Notes: a model not told the origin generated them from the sequence alone. A DNA stretch of 64,000 nucleotides from Basidiobolus meristosporus CBS 931.73 (GCA_002104905.1 MCFE01000293.1:37931-101930); one strand, 5' to 3'. Numbered from the stretch's first letter, positions 39,262 through 52,317 are shown. Made by a program: numbers and translations.

Positions 39262-42200
39262 AATAGGCTCACAATCCATCAGAGAGCTAGCTTCTTCACA
39301 GCTATCACTCTGCATGCCATATTAAGAAGGCTGGGGTGAGCCTAAAGGTGTTACAAACTCACCTGACTCAGCTTACACAAGGTTACAAGTAGAGCCAGGT
39401 GCAGTTATGGAAGTATCTAGTGGCCATCAAGATATTGTCAATACAGTAGTGACTGGTGAATTGTCAAATATGACTTTTGTGGCAAAATGCTGGCTGTGAT
39501 ATATGTAATACCTTCTATGCTGTTTGTGTGCTTCATGGCTGAGATGCTTGCTACAATAGCCACATGGTCATTTATTCTTCTCTTACAGTGTTGAATCAAT
39601 ATAGTCTTGACTGTGGGACAAACAATTTGACACTCAACTATGCATCACTGTTATATATTTTTTCAATATTCATGGGAGTTTAAGACAGTCTTGTTTCTGA
39701 GACATTGCACCTATATGATTGCAAGAATTGATGACAACCTGCCATATTAAGCATTATAAAAAAGTTGTGGCACCACATACACAGGTATATGTAACACCAC
39801 TTCTCCTTTGGCTTGACTCACTTTCAAGTATATGCTGCCAAAAAATGAACAAAGTTGTTGGGTTTCCTTCCAAACCCCACTTCTGCCAGCAGCAGAAGCA
39901 CAGTTGGACAACAGCTTGCTTTTGACACACAGTGCAACACATGGGGCTACAACCAAAAAGGGCTCTGTGGACCGTGTGCCCACTGAAGATAACAATGCAG
40001 ACTCCTCAGGCTCTCAGTCAAGTAGGCAATTGGGAATCTCTGCAGTGCTGCAAGCTGATCATAATGCTGAGGCAGATGAGAATGTAGCAAATGCAGTGCC
40101 TCCAATAGAAGACCAGCAAGTGGCTGTTGTAGCAACAGCACCAACCATATTGTCAAGTATATTGCCAGCTCATACCAAAGCATTAATGAGGCAATCAGAT
40201 GCAGTGGCAAATAGAATGAAAACAATGGCCCAGAGAAATCAAGAAATAGTCCAAAAACAGGGTGAGCAGATAAATGTGTAGAGCAATCAATATCCCAGGT
40301 AGAGAAAGCAGTACCTTTGCAACAAAGTAGGAGCTCAAGTAGCTCAATGTCACAGCCAAGAATTGAGCCAGTTCCTGATTTAACAGCAGCAGAACACTAT
40401 AAAGTCTTTGAAGCACAGCAGCAATGCCCAAAGACAAAGCCCCTGGAAAAAACCTATCACAGAATGGGGGAGAAGATGCAGCGTTTATGCCAAAGTCTAA
40501 AAATCAAAAGATATTGGAGATATGTGAAGCTGTTGAGTGCAATGATGAAGAATGTGCTAACATTCTGGAGGTAGTAAGATGTCTAGCATGCCAACACCTT
40601 AAAGCCGGCATACCATGGGACCATCATGAACTCAAGGCCAAGCAGAATGCACTCAACTTGTTCCATGAGCATTATCCTGGATTCAAACAGGCAAATGGAT
40701 CTTAGGCCAGCATTAGTATGCTACAAATGTATCTCAGGAACAGCAAAAACTATCAAAGGCTGAAGAACAAGGGTGCACTGGCTAAAAACCAACAGCTTCC
40801 TCAAGAACTTGTTTCAAGCAGGATCAAAAGCTCCAAACAAGTATCAAAGAAACATCAGGTAGCAGGAAGAGCTCTGATAAGGGACAAGCAGGCAGACACA
40901 GAAGCACTAGCATAACAATTATCAAGAAAAATGTGTAGTTATACTCAAGAAGCACTCAGTCAAAGTAGTTGTGAAGAACCTAGCAGTGATAAAAATTAGT
41001 AACTACCTCAGGAGCCTGTCACCGCATGGGCTGAGAGCTGAAAACTAACAGGAAAAAAGGGTCAAATTGCCTGCACAATCCCATTAAGGGACATGCAGGC
41101 CAAAATAGATGCATCAGAGCAGCACTTATCAAGGAGAAAATATAGCTTCATACAAGAAGTACTGAGACAAAGTATCAGTGAAGGAGCTTACAGTGATAAA
41201 GCAAAAGGTAAAGGGAAAATGTCCACCCATGCCAGAAATTTGAAAGTGTAAGAAAAAGGCTGCAGTTGTTGCTAATCATCACCATGAGCCTGGAACTGAC
41301 CAAATCTCATCACAGCCAAGTAGAATTACCAAAAGGAAAGCAGCTGTTTTCACAAGAATTAGAAGTGCAGTCATTTGAGCTACACCCTGGTTATGTTGAT
41401 GTGCCTACAGAGAAAGACAATACACAGCCTGCACATCCTCCATTGCTGGCAGAGTTGAGATCTCACCAACAGTGCTGAGAACTCAAAATGTTACCACAAT
41501 GCCTTCAGTGGAATTCTGGAATATTAATAGGCACTCTAAGAGGTTGGAATTCTCCAGGATTAGAAGGTAATGATCTGAGTGACTAAGCTAGGTCAATATT
41601 TAGGTGGAGTTACAAGCTTGGCAACATTTTCTCAAGAGTTGGAAGTGCGGCCAGTTGACCAACACTAAAGTGATGTAGATGAGCTTGCAGAGCAATGCAA
41701 TTTATATGTCCTAGCCTTCACATCCTCAATTGTGGACAGGGCGGAGATCTTGCTGACAGACTAAGCAACAGTATTATCAGCTCAAAAGACCATTGCAAAG
41801 CCTGCAGCAGAGTTTTGGGGCAATAACAGGCATAGCAAATGGTTGGAACACTTTTTGAAGAGCAGTGCTTAGGATAATGCACTTTAATATTGCAAGAATT
41901 TATTGCAAAGGCTGGTAGATGAGGTGCTATACCTTGCAGTGCTGGCTGAAGACCAGGACATATGGAAACCAGTGAATGAACAGTGGCATAATGCCATAGA
42001 GTTCCTGCCAAAGTCATGGAAATAGAGTGTTACAGCTGAAATACTTATTGAGCAGTGGATTTTTTTGGAGTCACATGTTGAGTGTGAGGTTGAGCTTAAT
42101 GTTAGTGTAGAGTATAGGGACTTGTATAGATGCATAGAATTGGTGACTGAGGTATAACTGAAGTTTCAAGGGAAGTAAATCAATTTGTCTGCATGAAAAG

Positions 42201-42390
42201 TAGAAGAAGCAGTTGAGTCAGGAAGTAAGCAGTGAAAAAGATGCAATAGCCAATCAATGCACACAAATGTAGGAGGTAATAGAGTGTTCAGGATCCAAAA
42301 GTGAGAAAATTGGCAAGGAACCACTTAAAAATCACTTATGTATTGTCATGATGTACAGTTTTAAAGATGTTTTTTGTGAAATCTGGGATG
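39262..42390 (-). mobile_element. E5: composite E copy in reverse orientation with partly duplicated accessory gene and a copia LTR remnant (~41540-41626)
   Basis: 39262-39700 is the reverse complement of the E3 transposase 5' region. The accessory gene lies on + at 39800-41540 and restarts at 41626. Left-arm sequence runs to ~42390. Confidence 0.8.
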
Positions 42391-42429
42391 TAATATAAGT
42401 GCTTTGTGTAGGTTTTGCTTTAGGGCTGA

Positions 42430-42783
42430 TAGGTAATTACAGTGCCAGATAGTACCAGAGGACCAAGATAGTGCCATGCATTTTTGTGACATGATACAAG
42501 TCACAGGAGCTATATTCAGAGTGTCATGGGTATTGAGTACCAGATGCATGTTTTCAGCCCTTCTGTGCTCTTACACATCCTGCACAACATTGATCTATAC
42601 AAAAAGGTCAAAAATGGATTTTCTCCAGCACATTAAGTGAAACACAGGGGCTACTTTACATGAAGAAGAATAGCAATGTTTTACACACTGTGGCCAAGTT
42701 TAGGTCTGCTATGTCTCTCTGGCACACAATGGGACCATTTGGCACTCATGGCTCAATGTGGCACTATGCAACAGGACAGGTCT
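42430..42783 (+). mobile_element. P5: degenerate terminal fragment of P family
   Basis: GGCACT-type subterminal repeats and an end ...GGCACTATGCAACAGGACAGGTCT followed by ATT. Confidence 0.6.
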
Positions 42784-42949
42784 ATTAATGGGGCAATGGG
42801 AGGTTGCAAAAGGAAATGTAATTTGGTAAATTAGTATGGTGCCCTGATAGAGGACCAACTATATGCCACCATGCTCCCAGATAAAAGCCAACCATGGTTC
42901 ACATCAAGGCCATCAATACACCATTAAGTTTTTGCCATATGTGGCCATT

Positions 42950-43221
42950 GCATATAATGGCCAGTAATGTCTGCTGAGATAAATGTAGACCATGTGAGGA
43001 CCATTACATGCCAGCAGGTCTGGCTAAAAGACCATGAAAACACCATTTTGTTCATTACTGCATTTGGCAGTAAATATAGCAAAATGCTGTTGCAATGCCC
43101 TATAATATTATGTAGAGGGGCAATAATTCCAACCTGCTGACATTATGTCAATCTCATTGCAGGATCATAACAGCTGGTCAAGATTATATCTACCTGTAGG
43201 ACCAAATTAGATCTTGTAGGG
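42950..43221 (+). mobile_element. E6: degenerate right end of E family
   Basis: GCAGGATC...GGACCAAATTAGATCTTGTAGGG aligns to the E3 end CAGGATCC...GGACCAAATTATTCTTCATAAGG. Confidence 0.65.
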
Positions 43222-43429
43222 GATGGTATCTTGGACCTTTAGTATCTTTTGATTATTTGGCTTTTATATATATCCAAGTCTCTGTCTCCCTTGCTGCAGT
43301 CTGTTTTCCATAAGCTCTCTCTTTGTGTACTGTTGTTGTGCTTCAAGGACTTGGCAATACTCTACTACTGTTACATCAGCTAATGGCACATTAATAATCA
43401 CCTTATTAAAATATCTATACTCATCACAT

Positions 43430-43796
43430 CCAAAGTACTGCACCACTCTAAGGGGTATGGGAAGCAATGTGGAGAACTAGTGTATTTACACATTATTCAC
43501 TTGTAGGTTGATTGATTAAAAGTATGGTTTTTACACTTTTGATAAAGTAGAGCAAACAAACATGAGGAGTTTGTAAAGAAAGATCCCAAGAATATGTGTG
43601 CAGAGTTTGGAATCTTTTGGACAACTTTTAGAAAGATCATAATCTTGGTACCTGTTAATTGGTGGAAATATTCCAAGTAAATCCCAACAAGAAATTTGGT
43701 TAGGACAAAACGCTAATCACCAAATAAGATTGTTGTGACTAAGTCAACATAGGTATTTAGGTGATAATGCTTTAATTCAACACTCCCACTCAACAA
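43430..43796 (-). repeat. Diverged C1-like 3' LTR with PPT
   Basis: Minus strand reads GTTGAGTGGGAG followed by TGTTGAATT...CACCTAAATAC...GACTTAGTCAC, like the C1a PPT/LTR junction. Confidence 0.65.
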
Positions 43797-44638
43797 CTTA
43801 TGCATAAGTTAAACAAACACATTCTGAGTGTACCATAGACTTGTTCCATTGCATAGTGCCATATAGTGCCAGCCTGTTTATAGTGCTGGATCAATCTGGC
43901 ACTCTATGGCACTATCTGGCACTATAATTTCTACCATAATGCCAGTGGTAGGATATAGTTACTGGTAATTTTACTCAATCTTACATGTGTTGCTCAATGT
44001 AGTGCTTTCCTTGCTTTATTTACTCTTCATAATGCTCCAGACATATTTCTCTTGGTGGATGTCTGCTTGTGTGAATATACTGTGCATTGATATGTTTCTT
44101 AACTATTTTACCTATTTTGCTATTTTCTTCTATATATGACTTTCCTCTGTATTTACCTGCCAATATGCTGAATCTCTTCATATATTTAAATGTATGCTCT
44201 AACACCACTCTAAAATGATCAAATATCTCATTGTAGAGCTTCTGCTTCCTGCTAAGCACACCATTTCTTGGCTTCCTATAAGCTGTAATACATCCTAATC
44301 TCTGACAATCCTCTTCTATATAAGCTAAGTCTGCCGTACATTTCTCCCCTCTACTGAATTCTGGATGATTCTCTACCCAGAGTGCTTTGCCATGCCTACT
44401 CCTGCAAATTGCCCACTAGACCAGATGATGTTACCCTTAATGTCAGAAAGAGCTTGAAACTTCACACAGTGCGCCTTATATTTGCCCATATAAAAGTGCC
44501 TCTGCCCTCTAGTAGGTCTGTTAATCCTGACTGGGAAGGTATCCAAAACTCTCCTGATATGGAACCTATTGCTGAACACTCTAGGATATAGAAGTCTATT
44601 GAAGCTTCTGAACCTAATATTTCAAGTTTGCTTTAAGT

Positions 44639-45006
44639 TGTTATGATCTGCCACTTGAATGTTTAAGTTAGATCAGTTTTAGTCAAATTAATTAGTTATA
44701 GGTTTAGGTTATCAGTATATCAGTATTATCTATCATATCAGTAGCATTAGTCAGCAAATGAATCAGCAGATCCTTATGAGACAGATATAGATATATTAAG
44801 TAGGAACCTATTGGGTGATGATGATGGAATCAAATGAGTCATCAGCCACAACCTACGTTAGGAAATACAATTAGTCAGCAATTGATCTGGCAAAATATAT
44901 ATAAGGAGCTGCTGGAACCTCAATAAAAATCAGTTCAAGTTTTAGTGAATACAATACTAGCTAAACTCCCTATTCCTCTACAACTCTTATACCAAGACTT
45001 GTAACA
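44639..45006 (+). repeat. Solo LTR of gypsy family G, 368 bp
   Basis: TGTTATGATC...CTTGTAACA with 4-bp TSD AAGT. The empty site is seen in P3. Confidence 0.95.
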
Positions 45007-46471
45007 AAGTCAATCATACCCTCTGTAAGGTAGTTGTCCATTGCTGTCAGCCGGGAATGAAAGCTTCTGGGACTTTTGTTGCTATGGATGGTGGGACATA
45101 ACCTTGTAGGTCAATAATTCTTGTAATAGCGGAGAAGCTTAACAGGGGATTTCCTTAGGTAGATTAGTGTAGATGGTCCAGAGTACTTGGTATGGATCTC
45201 CTCTAATGTGTCTAAAGTAAATCCAGTGGTAGTGATGGGATAGAGGAGAAAAGATCATTCAGTTGAGTAAGTCACTTTAAGATCGGTATATGATTGGGCT
45301 GATGTGATTTGAATCATTTGGCGCAATCAGCTTTATTTATCTGAATTCCCATGCATTATGATTAAATCTCCATCAGTTGCCATGTATCCCACCATTATGA
45401 TGCAAAAATCATCCTCAAACAGTGACTTGGTATTTTTACTGTCGTTTCACTCACAGGTCTATAATTAATTAGGAAATCTGCAACTGATGTGATCTGATCT
45501 GTGTCAATGCAATACCAAGTTGCATCTTGCATAATATATGGAAAGTTCAACAATCACATTAGTTTGCATATATAATTCATATAGGACCAGGTTAACGCCA
45601 ATACACTAATGGAGTATCCAAATCTGGCACTATGGTCCCTATACTATGTCTCAACTCATATTTTGCACAGCCCAGACAAAACCCATCCCCCAGCTTACAA
45701 GCATGGTCTGGACCGGAAAAGTTGATGTTGAATCCATTCAAGTTCTTGCCAAATGATTTCAGTATGGCCCAAGTGTCTATGATGAGCCTTCATACAGATC
45801 TTTGGGCACTACACATTAATCTAGCCAAACTAGATACCTCAGAGAGTCATCAGAGATGGAAAAACCTGAGTAGAATGTGTGTACTGAATTTACATCAAGA
45901 TGCCAGTGGATGTATGTAAGAAGATATACAACCAGACAAGTATTGAATCAAGAATGAGCTGAGAGTGAGGGGATTGGATGAGGAAGCTGTACAGGAACAA
46001 TTTTGCATGTTGTTTGCTCAGTACAGGCCAGATGAGTCCATTTGTGCCTAAACTTTGGGAACCAAAGAGATTTCAAATGATTTTTTGCCGCAAATGACCA
46101 ATGTGTTATGCAATATATTAGTAGAGCTAAGTGGCTTCCAAGAGTTATATACACAGGACTCATCCAGGCAACAGTTCCAGAGTATCTGACAGAGGGTAAC
46201 TGAATACCTTGGGGAATCAGAAGGTGAGCTTTAAGAGAAAGAATATAGACTGCAAGCAACAGCATCTTGATTGCACCAGCACACCTTGCTGGATTCCCTA
46301 CCATCTCTTACCACTTCAGCACACCAGCCCATGTCAGTCCAAACTATGCCAACACCTTTCACCAGAGCACCCTGCATCAGGTCAACTAATGTTGCGTCAG
46401 CGCATGCACTTCAGAGCAAAATCACCAGAACTTGCTAAACTGCTTAAAAAGACACAAATCCATTGGAGCAG

Positions 46472-47275
46472 TGTGGTAGGGTAAACATACCTCACACAGA
46501 CAAGTTTACTCATATAGTTGTTATGATATACTAATCCATATTTTATCTTATCAGTATTATCCCATTCTTCTATTGCAAATATTATCAGTATTATCCCCAT
46601 ATGATGTTTACCCTGATTAGTTATTAGCATTAGTTATCCCAGATGTTATTCAGCTTTGTGATCAGTATATGTAGCTACATAAGGCAAGTACCCACGTCAG
46701 TACCCGTGACACATGACCTAAGTCTGTGCTACCATCCCTACCATTTCTATACCATATATGGTATTTTTATGTTGCACAGGTTTCAGACTACTGATTCCTG
46801 ATTGGTTGAGAGTGCTGTGCCTTTTAGAACCTTCCAGGAGATTCTTGGCATAATTTTAGCTCATAGTGATGTCATCAAGAAATCCACTGATACCTAGAAT
46901 CTTCTAGAGCCTTGTCATTAGTAATCACTTGGCAATCAGGAAAAGTATTTAAGGGAAAGCAACCCCTCATCAATAAATCATCCCTTCTATCAGTAACACT
47001 TCTACCTTATTGATTAGCAGTTGATCACTGCACCTGCCTTCAACAGTACATCTCAGACCTGCAATCAAGGAGCTTTTCAGGGTAGTGCACAACACACACA
47101 GAGGCCTTTGGAGACACTTGGAGCACATAGGAAGCTAGAGAAGCAGGAGCTTTTACCATAGTGGTATATTGACAAAGACACCAGCAGTTTAGACACAGAG
47201 GTTATTGCACCCATCAGACACCTCACACACCTTGAGTTGTGTAGCTTCTCCCAGGAGTACCTCTACACCACCACA
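46472..47275 (+). repeat. Solo LTR family C, 804 bp
   Basis: TGTGGT...ACCACA with TSD GCAG/GCGG. The empty site in P3 reads TTGGAGCGGACC. Confidence 0.9.
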
Positions 47276-49151
47276 GCGGGCCAAGTTATGTCAACAAGTG
47301 GCATCACATTGAACTCAGCCAAGGGCCATGCCAGTGCATCAAGTTGCATCTGCATGAGCCAATACACCTGACCATCATCAAGTTTCTTCTGGTGAACTAA
47401 CCAATGATGACCCATATGAGATGCCTCCACCACCAGAGCCTCTGGCAAGTAAAACAACACACCAGCATGTAGCACTGCAGGTTGGCTCAGTTGAATCATC
47501 TTGTACAATTTAGCGTGGCCAAGCTGCAGCATTGCACTCATCATCTAGGAGGCAAAATACTGACTATATATATACAAGTAGCCAAGAGGATAGTCAACAA
47601 GAAAGTAGTTTAGGTGTGCTAAGTGAATCACTGCCAAATGCTACATTACTAATCCCTGTTGGAAAAAAACTTCGGAGAAGATGATGCAATCATATTGAAT
47701 TGCTATCATTTATCATGATCCAAACAACGCATTTTTTTTGCAATCCACATCAAGCCTTTGCAAATCAGTGATCACCAAATTTTTGATATAACAATCTTGA
47801 GGTTGTCTCACATTTGAGACAGGACCCCTATAAATGAACACCCTGCATATGTATACATAATGTGTGGGACCAGTGCAGCCATTTGATCTGATTTGAACCT
47901 GTTCAACTGGTCATGTGCTAGCTAAGACACCTTGTCCAATCACTAGAGTAAGGAATATATTTGCTTGAGGGGCAAAATGGGATATTTGACGGCAAACCAG
48001 GTAGCTTGTGTATTGATCAAAGAGCCAATTGGCAGCTGACAGCTTCAGGATACTTTTGGACCAGTTAACAACTGAGATAGCATCCAATTGGAGTGATGGC
48101 AACCAAAATGGTAAGTATCAGTGTAGTTTATTGTGTGATAAGAATATATTGCCATTTACATTAAAGAAACATATTGAAATACTTGATTTTACCTACCATA
48201 GTAGCGGATCCAATTATGTATGTGATGCGAACATTACAAGTTGGCATAATCATTTGTGCCAACCTCAATATGTCAGATTGTGCCATAGTGTGCAAGATTG
48301 TCCCACACGATGCAAAATTGTCCAAGAGCAATCCTGCCCACTGGTAGCTACAATATTGCGCCTGATTGTTCTTTGAGACTGCAGATTGCACTGCACACCC
48401 TGGCACAGTATGATGGAACAAGTCTCATCTGTAACAAGTGTACAAAGCTCAAAAATGCTGTATACTGGACTAATACCTTATTCAAAGGTATATGTGTTTG
48501 TGTGCAACTTAGTTGAACAAGTAACTTGTAAATCAAAGTGCACACCTACTGAATAGTATGCCTAAAAATCATAATGATCTGATCAAAATGCTAATCATCA
48601 TCTTCAATAGCTTGCACAGGCTTGAATAGTGTACTAGTGATTTATAGCCTCAGGGCTATCCAACACTTTTAATTTGAGCAAAATTGACCCACTTTTGGTC
48701 ACATGGAGGTTTTGTCATTTATGGTAGATCTGGAGTTTCCTTCTGTCTGGGCAACAGTCCCTATGAGAAATTATTGAGATGATCCCATCACAAGGCAGTA
48801 ACAAAGTTAAAGTCCTGTGAATAAGAGGTACTGATCATGTTGGGACAGTGTCCAGAGATCGTTGCAAAATAATTGCACCACAGATTTCACAAAAAACTTA
48901 GTCAAAATTTTTCATCACAACAATGTATAAGTGGCTTTTGATTGGTTCCCTGCCTATTTGCTCACTTTCTATTTCCAGACACTCTATTGTCTCCTACATT
49001 TGTGTGAATTGAGTGGCTATTGCCTCTGTTGCACACTCCTTACTTCCTGACTCAACCGTTCTCTTACTTTTCATGCGTACAAATTGATTTATCTCCGTTG
49101 AAACTTCAGTTGTACCTCAATTGCCAATTATATTGACCTATACAAGTCTCT

Positions 49152-51096
49152 TTACCCTACACTAACATTAAGCCTAACCCCACACTCAACAAGTAACTCC
49201 ATTAAAATCCACCACTCAATAAGTATTTCTGCCATAATGCTCTGGTTCCACAACTTTAGCAGGAACCCATCAGCATTATGCCACAGTTCATTCGCTGGTT
49301 TCCACACATCCTGGTCTTCAGCTGGCACCGCAAGGTCTAGCTCCTCATCTGCTAGTCTTTGCAATAAATCCTTGCAATACTCCAGTGCATTTTCTTGAGC
49401 ACTGCTCTTGAAGAAGTGCTGCAACCTCTTGGTGTGCCTATTAATGCTCCAAAACTCCACTGAAGGCATAATCATAGTCTTTTGAGCTCTTGATGCTGTA
49501 GCCTTGTCTGTCCGTAGGATCTCCACCCTGTCAATCATGGAGGATATGGAGAATGTGAAGGCTGTGGTAGACAAATTGCCATTTTCAGCAAACTCATCTA
49601 CCTTACTGGAGTGTAGCTCAACTGGCTGTGCTTCCAACTCATGTGAAAATAGCTGTCTTATTGTTGGAAATTCTTCTTAACTATGATGGGATTCAGTCTG
49701 TTCCTAGCTTGAGGCGTTGATTGGTAAGAACTGCAGCTTTTTTTGCATGCCTCCTGGTCTCAGGCTTGGGTAGACATTTTTCCCTTTACCTTTTCCTTTA
49801 TCACTGCCGGGTCTTTAACTTATAAGTTCTACCCTGATGCATCTGTTTTGGCCTGCTTGTCCCTTGCTGGCACTCTTCTGGTAACCTGACAATTTTTTTC
49901 TGCTTATTTTGAGCTCTCAACTGTAGTTGTGACAGGCTCCTGTAAGAGCGTCAGGTTTTTATCACTGCCAGGTCCTTCACTGCTACTTTGACTAGGTGCT
50001 TCTTAAGTGGTAGTATACTTTTTCCTTGATAAATGTTGTGCTGGTGCATCTATGTCTGCCTGCTTGTCCCTAATTGGCACTCTTCCAGCTACCTGATGTC
50101 TCTTGGATGCTTGTCTGGAGCTTTTGGCCCTGCTTATAACAGGCTCTTGAGGAAGCCACTGGTTTTTAGCCATGGCACCCTTGTTCTTCTGCCTCTGATA
50201 GTTTCTGCTATTCTTAAGATACTTTCTTAGCATATTGATGCTGGCCCAACATCCATTTGCCCATTTGAATCCAGGATGATACTCATGGAGCAAGTCAAGT
50301 AAATTCTGCTTGCCCTTGAGTTCCTGATGATCCCATGGTATGCCAGCCTTAAGGTGATGGCATGCTAGACTTTTGACAGCCTCCTGTATGTTAGCCCACT
50401 CTTCCTTATTGCACTCAACAGCTTCACAGATCTTATATGTCTCCTGATTTTTGGCCTTTGGTATAAAACCGCATTGTCTCCTTCCCATGCTGTGATAGGT
50501 TTTTCTGTGGTCTTTATCTTTGGGCACTGTTGTTGTGCTTCAAAGACTGCATGGTGTTACTCTGCTGTTAAATCAGGAACTGGCTCAACTCTTGGCTGTG
50601 ACATTGAGCTACTTGAGTTCCTCCCTTGCAGCAAAGATACTGCTTTGTCTACCTGGGATATTGATTGCTCTACACCTTTTGTCTGCTCATCCACTTTCTG
50701 GACTATTTCCTGATATCTCTGGTCCATTGCATCTATTGTACCAGCCAATGCATCTAATTGCCTCATTAACACATTAGTATGAGCTAACAATGTACTTGCT
50801 AATATGTGTGGTGGTGATGTTATCATGGCCACTTACTGATCTTCAACTGTGGGTACTGCGTTTGCTACATTCTCATCTGCCTGAGCATAATGGTCAGCTT
50901 GTGGCTCTGCAGAGGCTCTCAATTGCCAACTTGACTGAGAGCCCAAGGAGTTCATGTTATTACCTTCAATAGGCACACTTTCCACAGGGCCCCTTTTGGA
51001 TGTAGCCCAGCTTGTTGCGCTGAATCTCAAAGCAAGCTGTTGTCCAACCATTCTTCTGTTGCCATCAGTGGTGGGGTTTGGTTGAGAACCAGACAA
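49152..51096 (-). pseudogene. E-family accessory gene of unknown function (~600+ aa when joined), frameshifted
   Basis: Consecutive ORFs 50833-51096, 50557-50832, 50003-50527 and 49152-49637 have colinear homologues in E2b, E4 and E5. Confidence 0.7.
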
Positions 51097-51441
51097 CTTT
51101 GCTTTATTTTTTAGCGGCTTATATATGGATGTGAGTCAAACCAAAGGGGAAATAGTGTTACTTACACATGTGTATGTGGTTCCACAACTTTATTTGTAAT
51201 GCCTACTATGGCAGGTCATTGTTGAGTCTTACATTCATGTAGGTGCAATAGACTTGTTCCATTGGATAGTGCCACATAGTGCCAGCCTGTTTATGGTGCC
51301 TGATTGATCTGGCACTCTACGGCACTATCTGGCACTATAATTTCTACCATGATGCCAGTGGTATGATACAGTTACTGGTAATTTTACTCAATCTTACTTA
51401 TGTTGCTCAGAATAGTGCTTTCCTTGCTTTATTTACTATTC

Positions 51442-52317
51442 TTAATGCTCCAGACACATTTCTCTCAGTGAATGTCTTCTTGTATGAACATACTGTGCAT
51501 TAATAAGTATCTTAACTATTTTACCTATTCTGCTGTTTTCTCCCATATATGATTTCCCTCTGTATTTATCTGCCAATATGCTGAATCTCTTCAGATATCC
51601 AAATGTGTACTCTACCCTCACTCTGAAATGATTAAATATCTCATTGTAGAGCTTCTGCTTCCTGCTAAGCACACCATTCCTTGGCTTCCTATAAGCTGTA
51701 ATACATCCTAATCTCTGACAATCCCCTCCTATATAAGCTATGTCTGCCATACATTTCTGCCCTCTACTGAATTCTGGATGATTCTCTACCCAGAGTGCTT
51801 TGTCATGCCTACTTCCAGCAAATGGCCCACTAAACCAGATGATGTTACCCTCAATGTCAGACAGTGCTTGAAACTTCACACAGTGTGCCTTGTACTTGCC
51901 AGAATAAAAGTGCCTCTGCCCTCTAGAAGGTCTGTTAATCCTCACTGGGAAGGTATCCAAAATAATCCTGATATGGAACCTGTTGCTGAACACTCTGGGA
52001 TATGGAAGTCTATTGGAGCTTCTGAACCTAGTATTCCAAGCTTGCTCTAAGTCATTAATACCCTCTGCAAGGTGGTTTTTCATTGCTGTCAGCTGGGAAT
52101 GAAAGCTTCTAGGACTTTTGTTGCCACAGATGGTGGGATGAAACCTTGTAGGGCAATAGTTCTTGTAATAGCAGAGAAGCTTAACAAGGGATCTCCTTGA
52201 GTAGATTGGGGTTGATGGTCCACAGTACTTGGAATAGATCTCCTCTAGTGTGTCAAAAGGAAATCCAGTGGTAGTGATGGGATTGATGAGAAAAGACCAT
52301 TCAGATGAGTAAGTCAT
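51442..52317 (-). CDS. DDE_Tnp_4-type transposase, open frame, 291 aa from first ATG (308 aa from an upstream TTG)
   Basis: ILDTFPV, YSGKYKAHCVKFQ, GPFAGSRHD, MADIAY, RVRVEYTFGYLKRF: the catalytic D, D, E pattern of Harbinger/ISL2EU/IS5-like transposases. Confidence 0.9.
   Translation of the reverse strand: MTYSSEWSFLINPITTTGFPFDTLEEIYSKYCGPSTPIYSRRSLVKLLCYYKNYCPTRFHPTICGNKSPRSFHSQLTAMKNHLAEGINDLEQAWNTRFRSSNRLPYPRVFSNRFHIRIILDTFPVRINRPSRGQRHFYSGKYKAHCVKFQALSDIEGNIIWFSGPFAGSRHDKALWVENHPEFSRGQKCMADIAYIGGDCQRLGCITAYRKPRNGVLSRKQKLYNEIFNHFRVRVEYTFGYLKRFSILADKYRGKSYMGENSRIGKIVKILINAQYVHTRRHSLREMCLEH

Larger units (their letters stand above)
43837..48425 (-). mobile_element. P2: full-span PHIS-type element with two nested solo LTRs
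   Basis: TIRs at both ends and TSD CAT (43834-43836, 48426-48428). Length minus insertions is ~3409 bp versus 3391 bp for P3. Both genes are disrupted. Confidence 0.93.

Noticed and set aside
42411-42425. TTTTGCTTTAGGG as the E5 left TIR
   Set aside because: Only a partial match to CCCTAWGA, about 100 bp of expected arm is missing, and there is no partner end or TSD to confirm it.
51442-52317. Bacterial IS5 contamination or very recent horizontal transfer
   Set aside because: Five copies are nested with eukaryotic LTR elements, show the local CpG depletion and carry a second gene.
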